A stretch of 64,000 nucleotides of DNA from Natronomonas sp. (GCF_028274965.1 NZ_JAQCNO010000071.1:69505-133504); one strand, 5' to 3'; shown: positions 34,051 through 43,460, counted from the first letter of the stretch. The notes: generated from the sequence alone by a model not told the origin. Numbers and translations: made by a program.

Positions 34051-34114
34051 CTAGATTGACATGATAGAGCATCTCTCGATTGATTCCAGCAGCTCAAAAT
34101 TGAAGCATCAATAG
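34051..34114. repeat. Right copy of imperfect direct repeat flanking the islet
   Basis: ctagattgacatgatagagcatctctcgattgattccagcagctcaaaattgaagcatcaatag. It ends exactly at the low-GC to high-GC transition. Confidence 0.6.
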
Positions 34115-34342
34115 TGCGGGGCGACCCCGAGGAGGCGGTCGGTGTCCATGCCGGGGGTTCGGGCAGGGGGGTCTCAAAGCTTCCTCTCCGGGCGCCCTCT
34201 CGCGTCCGGCCCGCGAGGCGGAGGCTAAGCCAGCGGGGTCACGGAGGCGAGAACCGAAGACAGGAAGCGAAGCGTCGGATCCGAAAAGACGGCGTTCGGC
34301 GGAGACGGGCGGGGCGGCGAACGGATCGGGATCGGGACCGTC

Positions 34343-34705
34343 TCAGAACGGGGCTTCGGGGCCTTCGTTCCCGTCGTCGCTGCTGGTCTCGCCGGGGAAG
34401 GAGGGCGACGTCTGACCGCCGGCCATGCCCTCGGTGCCGCCGTCCATCCCGGTGTCGGCGTGGACGGTGTCGATCTCCGGGATCTCCTGTGTCATGCGGC
34501 TCTTGATCGCCTGGATCGTCATCGGCGAGATGCCGCACCCCGAGCAGGCCCCGCCGAGCATGACCGTCACCTCGCCCGCCTCGCGGTCGAGGTTCTGGAT
34601 CGCGGCGCTGCCGCCGTGCATCTGGATCTGCGGGAAGTTGCGGCGGAGGAAGTTGCTGATGCGCTCGCGGAGTTCGTCGTCGGAATCGGCCGTTTCGGTG
34701 CTCAT
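34343..34705 (-). CDS. NifU C-terminal-domain (Nfu-type) Fe-S cluster protein
   Basis: Start is ATG at 34705 (MSTETADSDDELRERISNFLRRNFPQIQMHGG). The CxxC motif GGACSGCGISPMT is present, with an acidic tail ending EGPEAPF. Confidence 0.8.
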   Translation of the reverse strand: MSTETADSDDELRERISNFLRRNFPQIQMHGGSAAIQNLDREAGEVTVMLGGACSGCGISPMTIQAIKSRMTQEIPEIDTVHADTGMDGGTEGMAGGQTSPSFPGETSSDDGNEGPEAPF

Positions 34706-34804
34706 AAACCCCCTACGCGGCGCAGCCGTATGAACATTTGGCTCCGGGGTCGCGCGGCCGATGTCTGACGTAGGTTTATTCGGATCGGACGCGGACTCCG
34801 GCGT

Positions 34805-35251
34805 ATGCACACGCGTCGGCACCTCCTCGTCGCGCTCGGGGCCACCGCGACGGCCGGCTGTACGGGCGCACTCGGGAGCGGCGAGGACGGCGAGGGCGAC
34901 GAGACGTCCGGTCGCGTTCGGCTCGAGGAGCTGTCCGTCCAGAACGACCACGCCGCCGCGCGGGACGTACAGGTGGCCGTCGAGGCCGACGGCGACGTGC
35001 GGCACCTCGACACGTACGACCTCGCGGGCGGCGGCGGCCGGCGGACGGTCGACGGCGAGTGGGGCGAGGCGGCGGCCTACCGCGTACACGCGCGTCTCGA
35101 CGGTGGCGACGTGCGGACCGCACACCTCACGCGGGGCATCGAGGCGGACGCCGAGTGCGTCCGGGCGCTGTTGCGCATCGACTCGACCGGCGAGTTGACC
35201 GTCTGGAGCGGGACGGACTGCGGCGACGACCCGGACGGCTCGGAGGACTGA
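34805..35251 (+). CDS. Small Tat-lipoprotein, unknown function
   Basis: Begins MHTRRHLLVALGATATAGC (twin-arginine plus lipobox). The mature part is acidic. Confidence 0.55.
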   Translation: MHTRRHLLVALGATATAGCTGALGSGEDGEGDETSGRVRLEELSVQNDHAAARDVQVAVEADGDVRHLDTYDLAGGGGRRTVDGEWGEAAAYRVHARLDGGDVRTAHLTRGIEADAECVRALLRIDSTGELTVWSGTDCGDDPDGSED

Positions 35252-35274
35252 GAGCGCGGATCGCGGCGCCGAAA

Positions 35275-35583
35275 TCAGCCGAACGTGGCTTCGAGTTCGG
35301 ATTCGAGTTCGGTCCGGTACTCCTCGAGCACCGCCTCGAAGCGCTCCTCCGCGACGGCGACGCCGGTGAGCCGGTCGTAGGGATCGTCGGGCAACTCGAC
35401 GACGAACGACTCCGTGTCGTCGTCGTAGAACGGCTCGGACTCGTTGAGGATCTGCTGGTCGATGCCGTGGATCAGCGTCGAGTCGTAGCGGTCGTTCATC
35501 CGGCTGAAGACGTTCTTGTACGCCTGCTGGAGCTGCGGAAAGAGATCGACGTACTTCTCCTCGTCGAACGTGTCGGCGTCCAT
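35275..35583 (-). CDS. Acidic hypothetical protein (102 aa)
   Basis: Start is ATG at 35583 (MDADTFDEEKYVDLFPQLQQAYKNVFSRMNDRYDSTLIHGIDQQ...). Composition looks globular. Confidence 0.55.
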   Translation of the reverse strand: MDADTFDEEKYVDLFPQLQQAYKNVFSRMNDRYDSTLIHGIDQQILNESEPFYDDDTESFVVELPDDPYDRLTGVAVAEERFEAVLEEYRTELESELEATFG

Positions 35584-35698
35584 ACAGGCGGGTTGTGCGG
35601 CGACAACTAAAAGCCGGTCGGACCGACCGGACGCTCCGGCCGACTGTCGGGGGGTGGGCGAGCGCAACCGCTTTTAGCCCCCGGGGAGACGCGGGGGC

Positions 35699-36169
35699 AT
35701 GTACCGAAGCGGCCGCTTCGTCGCCGAACGGGTCGAGCCCACGTCGGACGAACAGATACAGCCCAACGGCGTCGATCTAACGCTCGATGCGGTGTTCGAA
35801 CAGCGCTCACGCGGCCGGATCGGGCGGGACGGAAAGACCGTCGGCGAGCGCCGGACGGTCACGCCCGACGCGTCCGAGGACTCCGTCTACGAGCTCTCGC
35901 CAGGGGGGTACGTCGTTCGGTACGGCGAGGCGATCGCGATCCCGGAGGGCCACGTCGGCTTCGTCTACCCGCGCTCGTCGCTGCTTCGGAACGCCTGTAC
36001 GGTCGATACGGCGGTCTGGGACGCCGGCTACGAGGGCAGAGGCGAGGGGCTCTTAGAGGTACACAACGGGATCGAACTCGAGGCCGGCGCCCGGATCGCA
36101 CAGCTCGTGTTGGCCCGAGCAGACCACGAGGACACCTACGACGGGAGCTACCAGGGCGAGAACCTCTGA
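35699..36169 (+). CDS. dut: Archaeal-type dUTP diphosphatase (dCTP deaminase/dUTPase superfamily)
   Basis: 156 aa with IQPNGVDLTL, GFVYPRSSLLRN and WDAGYEGRGE motifs of the family. The length fits the dUTPase subgroup. Confidence 0.7.
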   Translation: MYRSGRFVAERVEPTSDEQIQPNGVDLTLDAVFEQRSRGRIGRDGKTVGERRTVTPDASEDSVYELSPGGYVVRYGEAIAIPEGHVGFVYPRSSLLRNACTVDTAVWDAGYEGRGEGLLEVHNGIELEAGARIAQLVLARADHEDTYDGSYQGENL

Positions 36170-36173
36170 GGGG

Positions 36174-36854
36174 TCAGGCCGGGGCGACACCGACCGTCAG
36201 AAGCGTTCCGAACTCGCGGTACCGCTCGATCATCTCCTCGCGGGTCTCCCAGTCGTCGGTCGGAAACGCCGACTCGTCGGGGATCTCGGTCTCCCGGTCT
36301 GGGACGGTGTCCTGGGAGGCGACGAACAGCCCGGCCTCCCGGAACGCCGCCCGGTACTCCGGCATCGACCAGCGCGTCATCTCGACGGCGATGTTCTCTT
36401 CCCACTCGTGGGAGTGGACGTTCTCCTCGTAGTAGTTGACCGCACAGAAGAACGTGCCGCCCGGGCGGAGCACGCGGCGGATCTCCGAGAGCGCCTCGAG
36501 TGGCGCTCTCGCGTAGTAGAAGGCCTCCATCGAGAACACGTGATCGACGGAGTCGGCGGCAAACGGAAGCGCGCCGAAATCGCCCCGGAGGAACCCGACG
36601 TCGTCGTCGGTGTAGCGTCTGGCGTTCCGGAGCATCTCCGGGGCGGCGTCGAGCCCGTAGCTCGCCCCGGCGTCGCCGGCCGCCCGCAGCGCACGGGCGG
36701 CGTACCCCGAGCCCGTCCCCAGATCGAGCACCGCGTCGCCGGGCTCGATCGGCATCCGGGCGAGGACGTGTTTGGCGGTGTGCCAGTGGCGGTCCTCCAT
36801 GCCGCGGTCGCGGCCGTCGGCCGCCCACGCGTCGAACTCGTCGGCGATTCCCAT
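36174..36854 (-). CDS. Class I SAM-dependent methyltransferase
   Basis: Motif [11 protein letters not shown]. Start is ATG at 36854 ([10 protein letters not shown]). Confidence 0.75.
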   Translation of the reverse strand: MGIADEFDAWAADGRDRGMEDRHWHTAKHVLARMPIEPGDAVLDLGTGSGYAARALRAAGDAGASYGLDAAPEMLRNARRYTDDDVGFLRGDFGALPFAADSVDHVFSMEAFYYARAPLEALSEIRRVLRPGGTFFCAVNYYEENVHSHEWEENIAVEMTRWSMPEYRAAFREAGLFVASQDTVPDRETEIPDESAFPTDDWETREEMIERYREFGTLLTVGVAPA

Positions 36855-36957
36855 ACGCCCGACACGGCGGGGAGTCAAAAAAGCGACACGCTCGGCCCGC
36901 CGACGCCGCAGGGCGCGAACGCGACGCGAGCGCGGCGCCCCGGACCCCACGTTCGCA

Positions 36958-37476
36958 TCAGACGCCGGTTCGGTGCCACTCCTCGAGGGTGAAGCGGTCG
37001 TGCGGCGTCGTCTCCGCCAGCGTCCACTCGCCTTCGGACCACGCGGGGTAGCGCGTGTCGCCGTCGTACTCGCCGTGGACGCGGCTCAGGAGCATGCGGT
37101 CGAGGTGCGGTTGGAACAGTTCGTACACCGCGCCGCCGCCGATGACGTAGGCCCGCCCGGCGCCCAGCGATCGGAGCCGTTCGACCGCGCTCTCGACGTC
37201 GGCGGCGTGGTACGCGTCGGCGGGATCGTACGCGCGGTCGCGCCGGCTCAGGACGATCTGTGCCCGCCCGGGGAGGTCCTCACGCATCGATTCGAACGTC
37301 CGGCGGCCGAGGACCACCGGATCGTCCGCGATCCGGGCGCGGTACTGCGCCCTGTCGGCCGGGATCGACGCCCAGGGGAGCTCCCCGTCCCGGCCGATGA
37401 CGCCGTTTTCCGAGACCGCGGCGACCGAGATCAGCTCGATGCCGGAGGTGTCCGGGGCGGAGACCCCATCCGTCAT
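36958..37476 (-). CDS. folA: Dihydrofolate reductase
   Basis: [29 protein letters not shown] and VIGGGAVYE motifs are present. Confidence 0.85.
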   Translation of the reverse strand: MTDGVSAPDTSGIELISVAAVSENGVIGRDGELPWASIPADRAQYRARIADDPVVLGRRTFESMREDLPGRAQIVLSRRDRAYDPADAYHAADVESAVERLRSLGAGRAYVIGGGAVYELFQPHLDRMLLSRVHGEYDGDTRYPAWSEGEWTLAETTPHDRFTLEEWHRTGV

Positions 37477-38042
37477 CAGTCGGCCTCGTAGCGCTCACCG
37501 GCCGGGATCGCGACCTCAAGCCAGTTCTCCTCGGGCGGAAGCGGGCACTCGTAGGCCCCGCTGTAGGCGCAAAACGGGTTGTACGCGAGGTTGAAATCCA
37601 GCGTGAACGTCACGCCGTCCTCAAGGGTCCCGTCGTAGTGCAGCTCCATGTACCGGCCGCCGGGGTAGGTCTGTTGGCCCGTCGTCTTGTCGCGGAACGG
37701 GACGAAAAGCGAGTCCGACCGATCGACGCGCTGGTAGCCGACGAGCGTGTGCTCGCCGGTCGACCCGCGCTGGTCGGGGATCTCGAAGCGAAGCAGCGCC
37801 GTCCGCTCGTAGAGCTCCTCGCCGTCGGCGGTCGTCTCCATCGTCACCGTCTCTTGGCTCTCGTCGAGTTCGACCGTCGCCTCGACGCGGTACTCGGGGG
37901 CCGGATCGAAGTAGTCCAGCCCGTCGAACTCCCGGCGGCCCTCCGGGCCGAGCGGCGAGGAGTGCGGAACGCCGAACTTCTCGTCTTTCTGTTCGCGGTG
38001 GGCCTGCAGTTCCGAACGCCAGGCGTCGACATCGAAGTCCAT
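37476..38042 (-). CDS. DUF1684 family protein
   Basis: Start is ATG at 38042 ([11 protein letters not shown]). The C-terminal signature is [25 protein letters not shown]. Its stop overlaps the folA start by 1 nt (TGATG). Confidence 0.7.
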   Translation of the reverse strand: MDFDVDAWRSELQAHREQKDEKFGVPHSSPLGPEGRREFDGLDYFDPAPEYRVEATVELDESQETVTMETTADGEELYERTALLRFEIPDQRGSTGEHTLVGYQRVDRSDSLFVPFRDKTTGQQTYPGGRYMELHYDGTLEDGVTFTLDFNLAYNPFCAYSGAYECPLPPEENWLEVAIPAGERYEAD

Positions 38043-38151
38043 ACCGGTAGTGGGGCGTTCGGAAGGATATATCTCCGGATGTCGGCCGGCTCGCCGACGG
38101 GACGGCCGGGCGGTCGATACGTCTTTAGGTGATGACGAGTCAGTTCCGTCC

Positions 38152-40521
38152 GTGTCCACCCCGCCCGACTGGCTGGATATCTTCGGTCACGACGAGCCCT
38201 ACGAGGACCAGGCCGACGGGATCGAGACCGCGATCGAGACGGCCCGCAGCGACGGCTTCGTGGCCATAGAGGGTGCGTGTGGGACCGGCAAGACGATGCT
38301 CGCGCTCACCGCGGGCATCGAGTTGGTCAGGGATCCCGAGTCGTCCTTCGAGCGCGTGTTCGTGCTGACGAGCGTCAAACAGCAGCTCAGACAGTTCGAG
38401 GCCGACCTCCGGACGATCAACGAGAACCTGCCGGCGGCGTACCGCCCCGTGTCGGCGCTGACGCTCGTCGGCAAGGCCGATCTCTGCCCGTACAACCTCG
38501 AGGGCGCCGGCGGCATCGACGGATCGAACGTCTACGAGCGCTGCGAGCGCCTCAGAGAGCGGACCAGGGGGCTCGTCGACGGCGAGACGACGGCCGCCTC
38601 GCTGGTCTCGCGGGCCGAGAGCCAACAGATCGGGCTGGCCGACTCGGGCGGCGGGGCGACGTACTTAGAGGCCGCCGGCGAGCCGACGCCGTTCGCCCCA
38701 GAGATGCCGAACGCGGCGGAGGGCGACACCGAGTACTGTCCGTTCTACGCGGGCTTTCTCGAGGACCTCCCGGAGGACGGCGATCCCCTCGAGGCCGTCC
38801 CCTTCGACCCGACGGATCGCGGCGTGATCGACGCCGGGGACCTCGTCGAACTCGCGGCGGGCCACGGCAGCTGTCCGCACTCGGTGATGGGCGCGCTCCT
38901 CCCGCACGTCGAGGTGCTCGTCGGGAACTACTACCACGCGTTCGACCCGACGACGGTCGAGTCGTTCACCGGCGGGCTCATCGACGACGAGACGTTCGTC
39001 GTCTGCGACGAGGCGCACATGCTCGAACCGCGGGTCCGCGGTCTCGTCGGCGACGGCGTCTCCGATCGGGCGCTGGAGGACGCCGAAAGCGAGCTCTCGC
39101 GCGTCATCGAGCCGCTCGCCGCCGTCGAGGAGGCCGGCGCGGACGCCCGCCGCGGCGGGGAGGCCGAGGAGACGGCCGTAGCGATCCGCTCGGAGCTCGA
39201 AAAGACGGACGTGACTCTCGGGGAGCTCCGGGACACGCGGCGGTTTGTGTCGGCGCTCGGCGACCGCTTGGGATCGCGCGTGGAGGCGTACCTCGAGGAG
39301 TCGACTCCGGGGTGGCGCGGGCGCCTCGCGGACCTCGACGACGAGGAGATCCCGCTTCGGGACCCGGAGACCCCCGCGACGGACGAGTTGACGCGGTGGG
39401 CGAACGAGCGGGGCTTCGACGCGCGGCTCTGGAGGCGCGCCGAGAGCGTCTGTGCCGTCGCCGCGCGGGTGCTCGACGCCGTAGAGGACGACGAAAAGCG
39501 CCGCGCCGCGCCGGCGGTCGGCCGGACGCTCGCGCTGTGGCGGCGGGCGGACCACACCGACTTCTTCCGGGAGATCGAACTCGAACGGACGTGGGACGAC
39601 GCCCGGCCGGCCGAGGCGTGGCAGCGGGCCTACACCGCCAGGTACAGCCTGCACAACTGCCTGCCGGCGGACGTGATCGGCGAGCGGCTCGACGCCTTCG
39701 GCGGCGGCGTCCTGATGAGCGCGACGCTCGAACCGCTCGACGTGTTCGCGGAGGTGACCGGGCTCCGTCACCTCGCGGAGGAGGCCGACCGGCCCGTCGT
39801 CGAGCGGACGTACGGCCTCGAGTTCCCGCCGCAGAACCGCGCCTCCTTCGCCGTTTCGGCGCCGAAGTTCACCTACGAGAACCGCGGCGATCCCGGGGCG
39901 TCGGAGTCGAGGGCGACGGAGGCACGGACGCCGGCGCGGACGGCGCACGCCCGCGCGATCAGACAGGTCGCGGCGGCGCCGGGGAACGTCCTCGTCTGTA
40001 TGCCCTCCTACCGGGAGGCGGAGTGGGCCGCCGGGGTGCTCGAAGCGGCCGACAAGCCCGTGCTCCGCGACGAGGCGGCCGACGACGTGGCGACCGAGCG
40101 GCTGAAACAGGAGTTCTTCGACGGCGAGCCGAAGGTGCTCGTCACCAGCCTCCGGGGGACGCTCACGGAGGGCGTCGACTACCGCGGCGATCGCCTCGCG
40201 GCCGCCATCGTCTGTGGCGTTCCGATCATCAACACGGCCAGCCCGCGGACCCGGGCGGTCCGGACGGCGTACGACCGGGCCTTCGGCGACGGCTTCGAGT
40301 CCGCCCTCGCCGTCCCGGCCGTCCGGAAGGCGAGACAGGCGGTCGGCCGCGTGATCCGCGGGCCCGAGGAGTGCGGCGTCCGCGTGCTCTGCGACGAGCG
40401 CTACGCGACGGAGTCGTGGGACAGCGTCAGACACCTCCTCGGCGAGGCCGAACGCGAGGAGTTCCGGCCGGTCGGCGCGGAGATGCTCGAGTACGCCCTA
40501 GAGCAGTTCTGGGAGCGATAA
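38152..40521 (+). CDS. XPD/Rad3-family (DinG-like) Fe-S DNA helicase
   Basis: Walker A GACGTGKT and DEAH box VCDEAHML are present, with four Cys (LCPY, RCER, YCPF, SCPH) between them, matching a 4Fe-4S domain. The start is uncertain: I favour GTG 38152, the track gives 38050. Confidence 0.8.
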   Translation: MSTPPDWLDIFGHDEPYEDQADGIETAIETARSDGFVAIEGACGTGKTMLALTAGIELVRDPESSFERVFVLTSVKQQLRQFEADLRTINENLPAAYRPVSALTLVGKADLCPYNLEGAGGIDGSNVYERCERLRERTRGLVDGETTAASLVSRAESQQIGLADSGGGATYLEAAGEPTPFAPEMPNAAEGDTEYCPFYAGFLEDLPEDGDPLEAVPFDPTDRGVIDAGDLVELAAGHGSCPHSVMGALLPHVEVLVGNYYHAFDPTTVESFTGGLIDDETFVVCDEAHMLEPRVRGLVGDGVSDRALEDAESELSRVIEPLAAVEEAGADARRGGEAEETAVAIRSELEKTDVTLGELRDTRRFVSALGDRLGSRVEAYLEESTPGWRGRLADLDDEEIPLRDPETPATDELTRWANERGFDARLWRRAESVCAVAARVLDAVEDDEKRRAAPAVGRTLALWRRADHTDFFREIELERTWDDARPAEAWQRAYTARYSLHNCLPADVIGERLDAFGGGVLMSATLEPLDVFAEVTGLRHLAEEADRPVVERTYGLEFPPQNRASFAVSAPKFTYENRGDPGASESRATEARTPARTAHARAIRQVAAAPGNVLVCMPSYREAEWAAGVLEAADKPVLRDEAADDVATERLKQEFFDGEPKVLVTSLRGTLTEGVDYRGDRLAAAIVCGVPIINTASPRTRAVRTAYDRAFGDGFESALAVPAVRKARQAVGRVIRGPEECGVRVLCDERYATESWDSVRHLLGEAEREEFRPVGAEMLEYALEQFWER

Positions 40522-40546
40522 GCTCCGTGCGGCGCGCACCCGCCGT

Positions 40547-41605
40547 TCACCCGATCACCCAGGCGTCCCGCGGGTCGAACCCGACGGTCAGGGTCTCGGA
40601 GTCGGGCGGGGCCGGGAGGGACACGACGAGGCGGTGGTCGGCCCACCCCAACCGGACGCGGGTCGTCTCACCGAGGAACTCGCTGTCGAGGACGCGGGCC
40701 TCGATCCGGTTGTGCGAGGCCGCGGGGTCGAAGGCGCCGGGGCGGACGCAGAACGTCACGTCGCCGTCGGCGTCGGCCGCGATCTCGAAGGACGCCTCTC
40801 CGACCCGGACGGTCGTCGTGTCCGACATCGCACCGGCGGCGGCCGTCCCGTCGAAGAGGTTGTTCTCGCCGACGAACTCGGCGACGAACCGGCTCCGCGG
40901 GCGACGGTAGAGCGACTCCGGATCGCCGACCTGTTCGACGCGGCCCTCGGACAGCACGGCGACGCGATCGGAGACGGCGAGGGCCTCGGCCTGATCGTGG
41001 GTGACGTAGACGGTCGTCACGCCGAGTTCGGTCTGGATCGATCGGATCTCGCGGCGGAGTCGCTGTCTGAGTCGCGCGTCGAGGGCGCTCATTGGCTCGT
41101 CGAGCAACAGTAACGCGGGGTCGGGCGCGAGCGCACGCGCGATGGAAACACGTTGCTGTTGGCCGCCGGAGAGCGCGGTCGGATCGCGGTCCCCGAGCCC
41201 CTCGAGATCGACCAACTCGAGCAGTTCCGCGACGCGTTCGTTCCTGCTGAGCCCCCGCGGCGGGTCGGCGAATTTGAGCCCGTAGGCGACGTTCTCGGCG
41301 ACGCTCATGTGTTCGAACAGCGCGTAGTTCTGGAAGACGACGCCGACGTTTCGGTCCTCGGGACCCACCCCGCGGACGTCCTCGCCGGCGAAGCGGACCG
41401 TCCCCGTCGTCGGCGTCTCGAAGCCGGCGATGAGCCGGAGCGTCGTCGTCTTGCCGCACCCAGAGGGCCCGACGAGCGTGAAGAACTCGCCGTCACGGAT
41501 CGACACGGAGACGTCCGCCACCGCGGTCGCCGAGCCGTACCGCTTCGAGACGCCGTCGAGTTCGACGGCCGGCGGCCCGCCGTGATCAGAGGCCAAAGCT
41601 CTCAC
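40547..41605 (-). CDS. ABC transporter ATP-binding protein (PotA/ThiQ/FbpC type)
   Basis: Walker A GPSGCGKTT, signature LSGGQQQR and Walker B LLLDEPMSALD are present, plus a C-terminal TOBE-like domain. Confidence 0.85.
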   Translation of the reverse strand: MRALASDHGGPPAVELDGVSKRYGSATAVADVSVSIRDGEFFTLVGPSGCGKTTTLRLIAGFETPTTGTVRFAGEDVRGVGPEDRNVGVVFQNYALFEHMSVAENVAYGLKFADPPRGLSRNERVAELLELVDLEGLGDRDPTALSGGQQQRVSIARALAPDPALLLLDEPMSALDARLRQRLRREIRSIQTELGVTTVYVTHDQAEALAVSDRVAVLSEGRVEQVGDPESLYRRPRSRFVAEFVGENNLFDGTAAAGAMSDTTTVRVGEASFEIAADADGDVTFCVRPGAFDPAASHNRIEARVLDSEFLGETTRVRLGWADHRLVVSLPAPPDSETLTVGFDPRDAWVIG

Positions 41606-43460
41606 CCCCGAGTCGGTCGATGAGGACGAAACTGACGCTCGTGACCGCGAGCAGGACGACGCCCATGGCGGTCGCCGGGCCGAGGCGTCGGCCGATGAGC
41701 CGCTCGATCGCGACGGGCATCGTGAACTGGTCGGTCCCCGAGGCCAACACGACCGTCGAGGAGAACTCCCCCATCGAGATGGCGAAGGCGAACGCCGCGC
41801 CGGCGACGACGCCGGGCCACACGAGCGGGATCTCGATGTCGAGAAGCGCCCGGGTCCGCGCCGCCCCGAGCGCGCGAGCGGACTCGACGAGGGCCGGGTC
41901 CAGGCCCTCGAGGCCCGGCGCGACGGTCCGGACGACGAAGGGGTAACAGGCGACCGCGTGGGCGGCGACGATCGCGACCGTGCCCCCGGCGGCGAACCGC
42001 CAGCCGCCGACCTCGACGCCGAAGACGACGCCCCGAAGCAGCCCGAGTCCGACGACGATGCCCGACACCGCGAGCGGGGCCATCGCGACGACGTCGACGA
42101 GCTTCCGGCCGCGGTACCGGCGGGTCGTCAGCGCCGCGACGACGACGCCCATCGGCAGGGCGAGCGCCAGCGCCGCCGCGGCGAACAGAACCGAGTTCCG
42201 GACCGCCTCGAAGGGCTGGACCTGAAACGACGCGCCGGTGGCCTGCCGCTGGAGGAGAAACCGGTAGTGCGCCAGCGTGAGCCCGTCGGGGCCGGCGACG
42301 CTCGCGTACACCATGCTCGCGATCGGGGCGACGAAGACGAAAAGCGCAACGATGGCGTACGCGGCGATGCCGAGTCGGGCGAGAAGCTCCCGGGGCGACG
42401 GCGCGTCGGGGACGAGCGGCTTTCGGGCGAGCGGTCGCCGGCCGCGAGAGCGGACCGCGTGACTCGCCTCGTAGCGGAGGTAGCCGTACAGCAGCCCGAG
42501 CGTGATCGCGAGTTCGACGATCGCCAGCGCCGCCGCCTCGGCGTAGTCGAGATCGCTGATCAGCCGGAAGACGAACACCTCGACGGTCGCGAGTTCGAAC
42601 CCGCCGAGGGCCAACACGATCGGGAAGGTCCCGAAGGTGAAGACGAACGTCAGCGTCGCGCCCATGAGGACGGCGGGGTACAGCCGCGGGGCGACGACGT
42701 CGAGGAAGGCCCGAAGCGGGCTCGCGCCGAGGCTCCGGGCGGTCTCGACAGACCCCGCGTCGATCGACTCCCAGGCGGCCGTCGTCACGCGCGCAACCAG
42801 CGGGGCGTTGTAGAACGCGTGGGCGATGAGGATGAGCTCGAGGGTGAACATCAGCTCGATCGACGGCAGCCGGAGCGCGCCGAGAAGCGCGTTCAGCGTG
42901 CCGTTCGCCCCGAACGTCGCCGCGAACCCCGCCGCGACCATGATCGAGGGGACGACGAACGGCAGGATGGTGAGCGAGCGGAGCGTGCGGCGGCCGTAGA
43001 ACTCGAAGCGCGCCAGCAGGTACGCGGCGGGCACCCCGAGGGCGACGCTCAGAAGCGTCGAAAGGAAGGCCTGGTAGGCGGTGAACCCGACGACGCCGAG
43101 ACGGCGGTCCGCAGAAAGCAGGTCCCGACCGACCGCGAGTGGGGGCTCGCCGGCGAACAGCCGGGCGAACTCGCCGAAATAGAGCGGGTCCCGGAGGAGT
43201 TCGCCGAACGCCGACAGCGTGACCCGCCCCCCGACGACGAACGCCTCGACGAAGACGGTCGCGACCGGATAATAAAACAGCGACGCCACGAGCGCGATCG
43301 TCCCCGCGCCGAAAAGCAGTAGCGCGCGCCGCTCGAAGCGGTGTCGGACCCGGCGGCCGCGGTCCCGTAGCCCGGCCGCAAAACGCTCGCCCTCCGGCGG
43401 CCCCGACGCGTCGGTCGGCCGCTCCGGCCGCGCCCCGGCGCTTCGGTCGGCGTCGGTCAC
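41586..43460 (-). CDS. ABC transporter permease with two fused permease domains (ThiP/FbpB type)
   Basis: 624-aa polytopic protein. It overlaps the ATPase gene by 20 nt. Confidence 0.8.
   Translation of the reverse strand: MTDADRSAGARPERPTDASGPPEGERFAAGLRDRGRRVRHRFERRALLLFGAGTIALVASLFYYPVATVFVEAFVVGGRVTLSAFGELLRDPLYFGEFARLFAGEPPLAVGRDLLSADRRLGVVGFTAYQAFLSTLLSVALGVPAAYLLARFEFYGRRTLRSLTILPFVVPSIMVAAGFAATFGANGTLNALLGALRLPSIELMFTLELILIAHAFYNAPLVARVTTAAWESIDAGSVETARSLGASPLRAFLDVVAPRLYPAVLMGATLTFVFTFGTFPIVLALGGFELATVEVFVFRLISDLDYAEAAALAIVELAITLGLLYGYLRYEASHAVRSRGRRPLARKPLVPDAPSPRELLARLGIAAYAIVALFVFVAPIASMVYASVAGPDGLTLAHYRFLLQRQATGASFQVQPFEAVRNSVLFAAAALALALPMGVVVAALTTRRYRGRKLVDVVAMAPLAVSGIVVGLGLLRGVVFGVEVGGWRFAAGGTVAIVAAHAVACYPFVVRTVAPGLEGLDPALVESARALGAARTRALLDIEIPLVWPGVVAGAAFAFAISMGEFSSTVVLASGTDQFTMPVAIERLIGRRLGPATAMGVVLLAVTSVSFVLIDRLGGESFGL

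Larger units (their letters stand above)
32400..34114. other. Low-GC, non-host-codon islet (probable horizontally acquired or provirus-remnant segment)
   Basis: Hand counts give 25/60 G+C at 33721-33780 versus 41/60 at 34501-34560. Codons are A/T-ending. The right-hand compositional boundary at 34114 is sharp. Imperfect direct repeats flank the segment. Confidence 0.6.

Noticed and set aside
34140-34260. Possible SRP (7S) RNA. gccgggggttcgggc resembles, from memory, the archaeal Alu-domain helix-3 region, and ggtcacggaggcgagaacc vaguely resembles helix 8.
   Set aside because: The conserved helix-8 GGAGCA-type SRP54-binding motif is absent (it reads GCGAGAA). I found no 5'/3' closing helix. 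A 300-nt SRP RNA starting at the GC boundary would overlap about 80 nt of the well-supported NifU-like coding region. I keep it only as an unassigned structured spacer.
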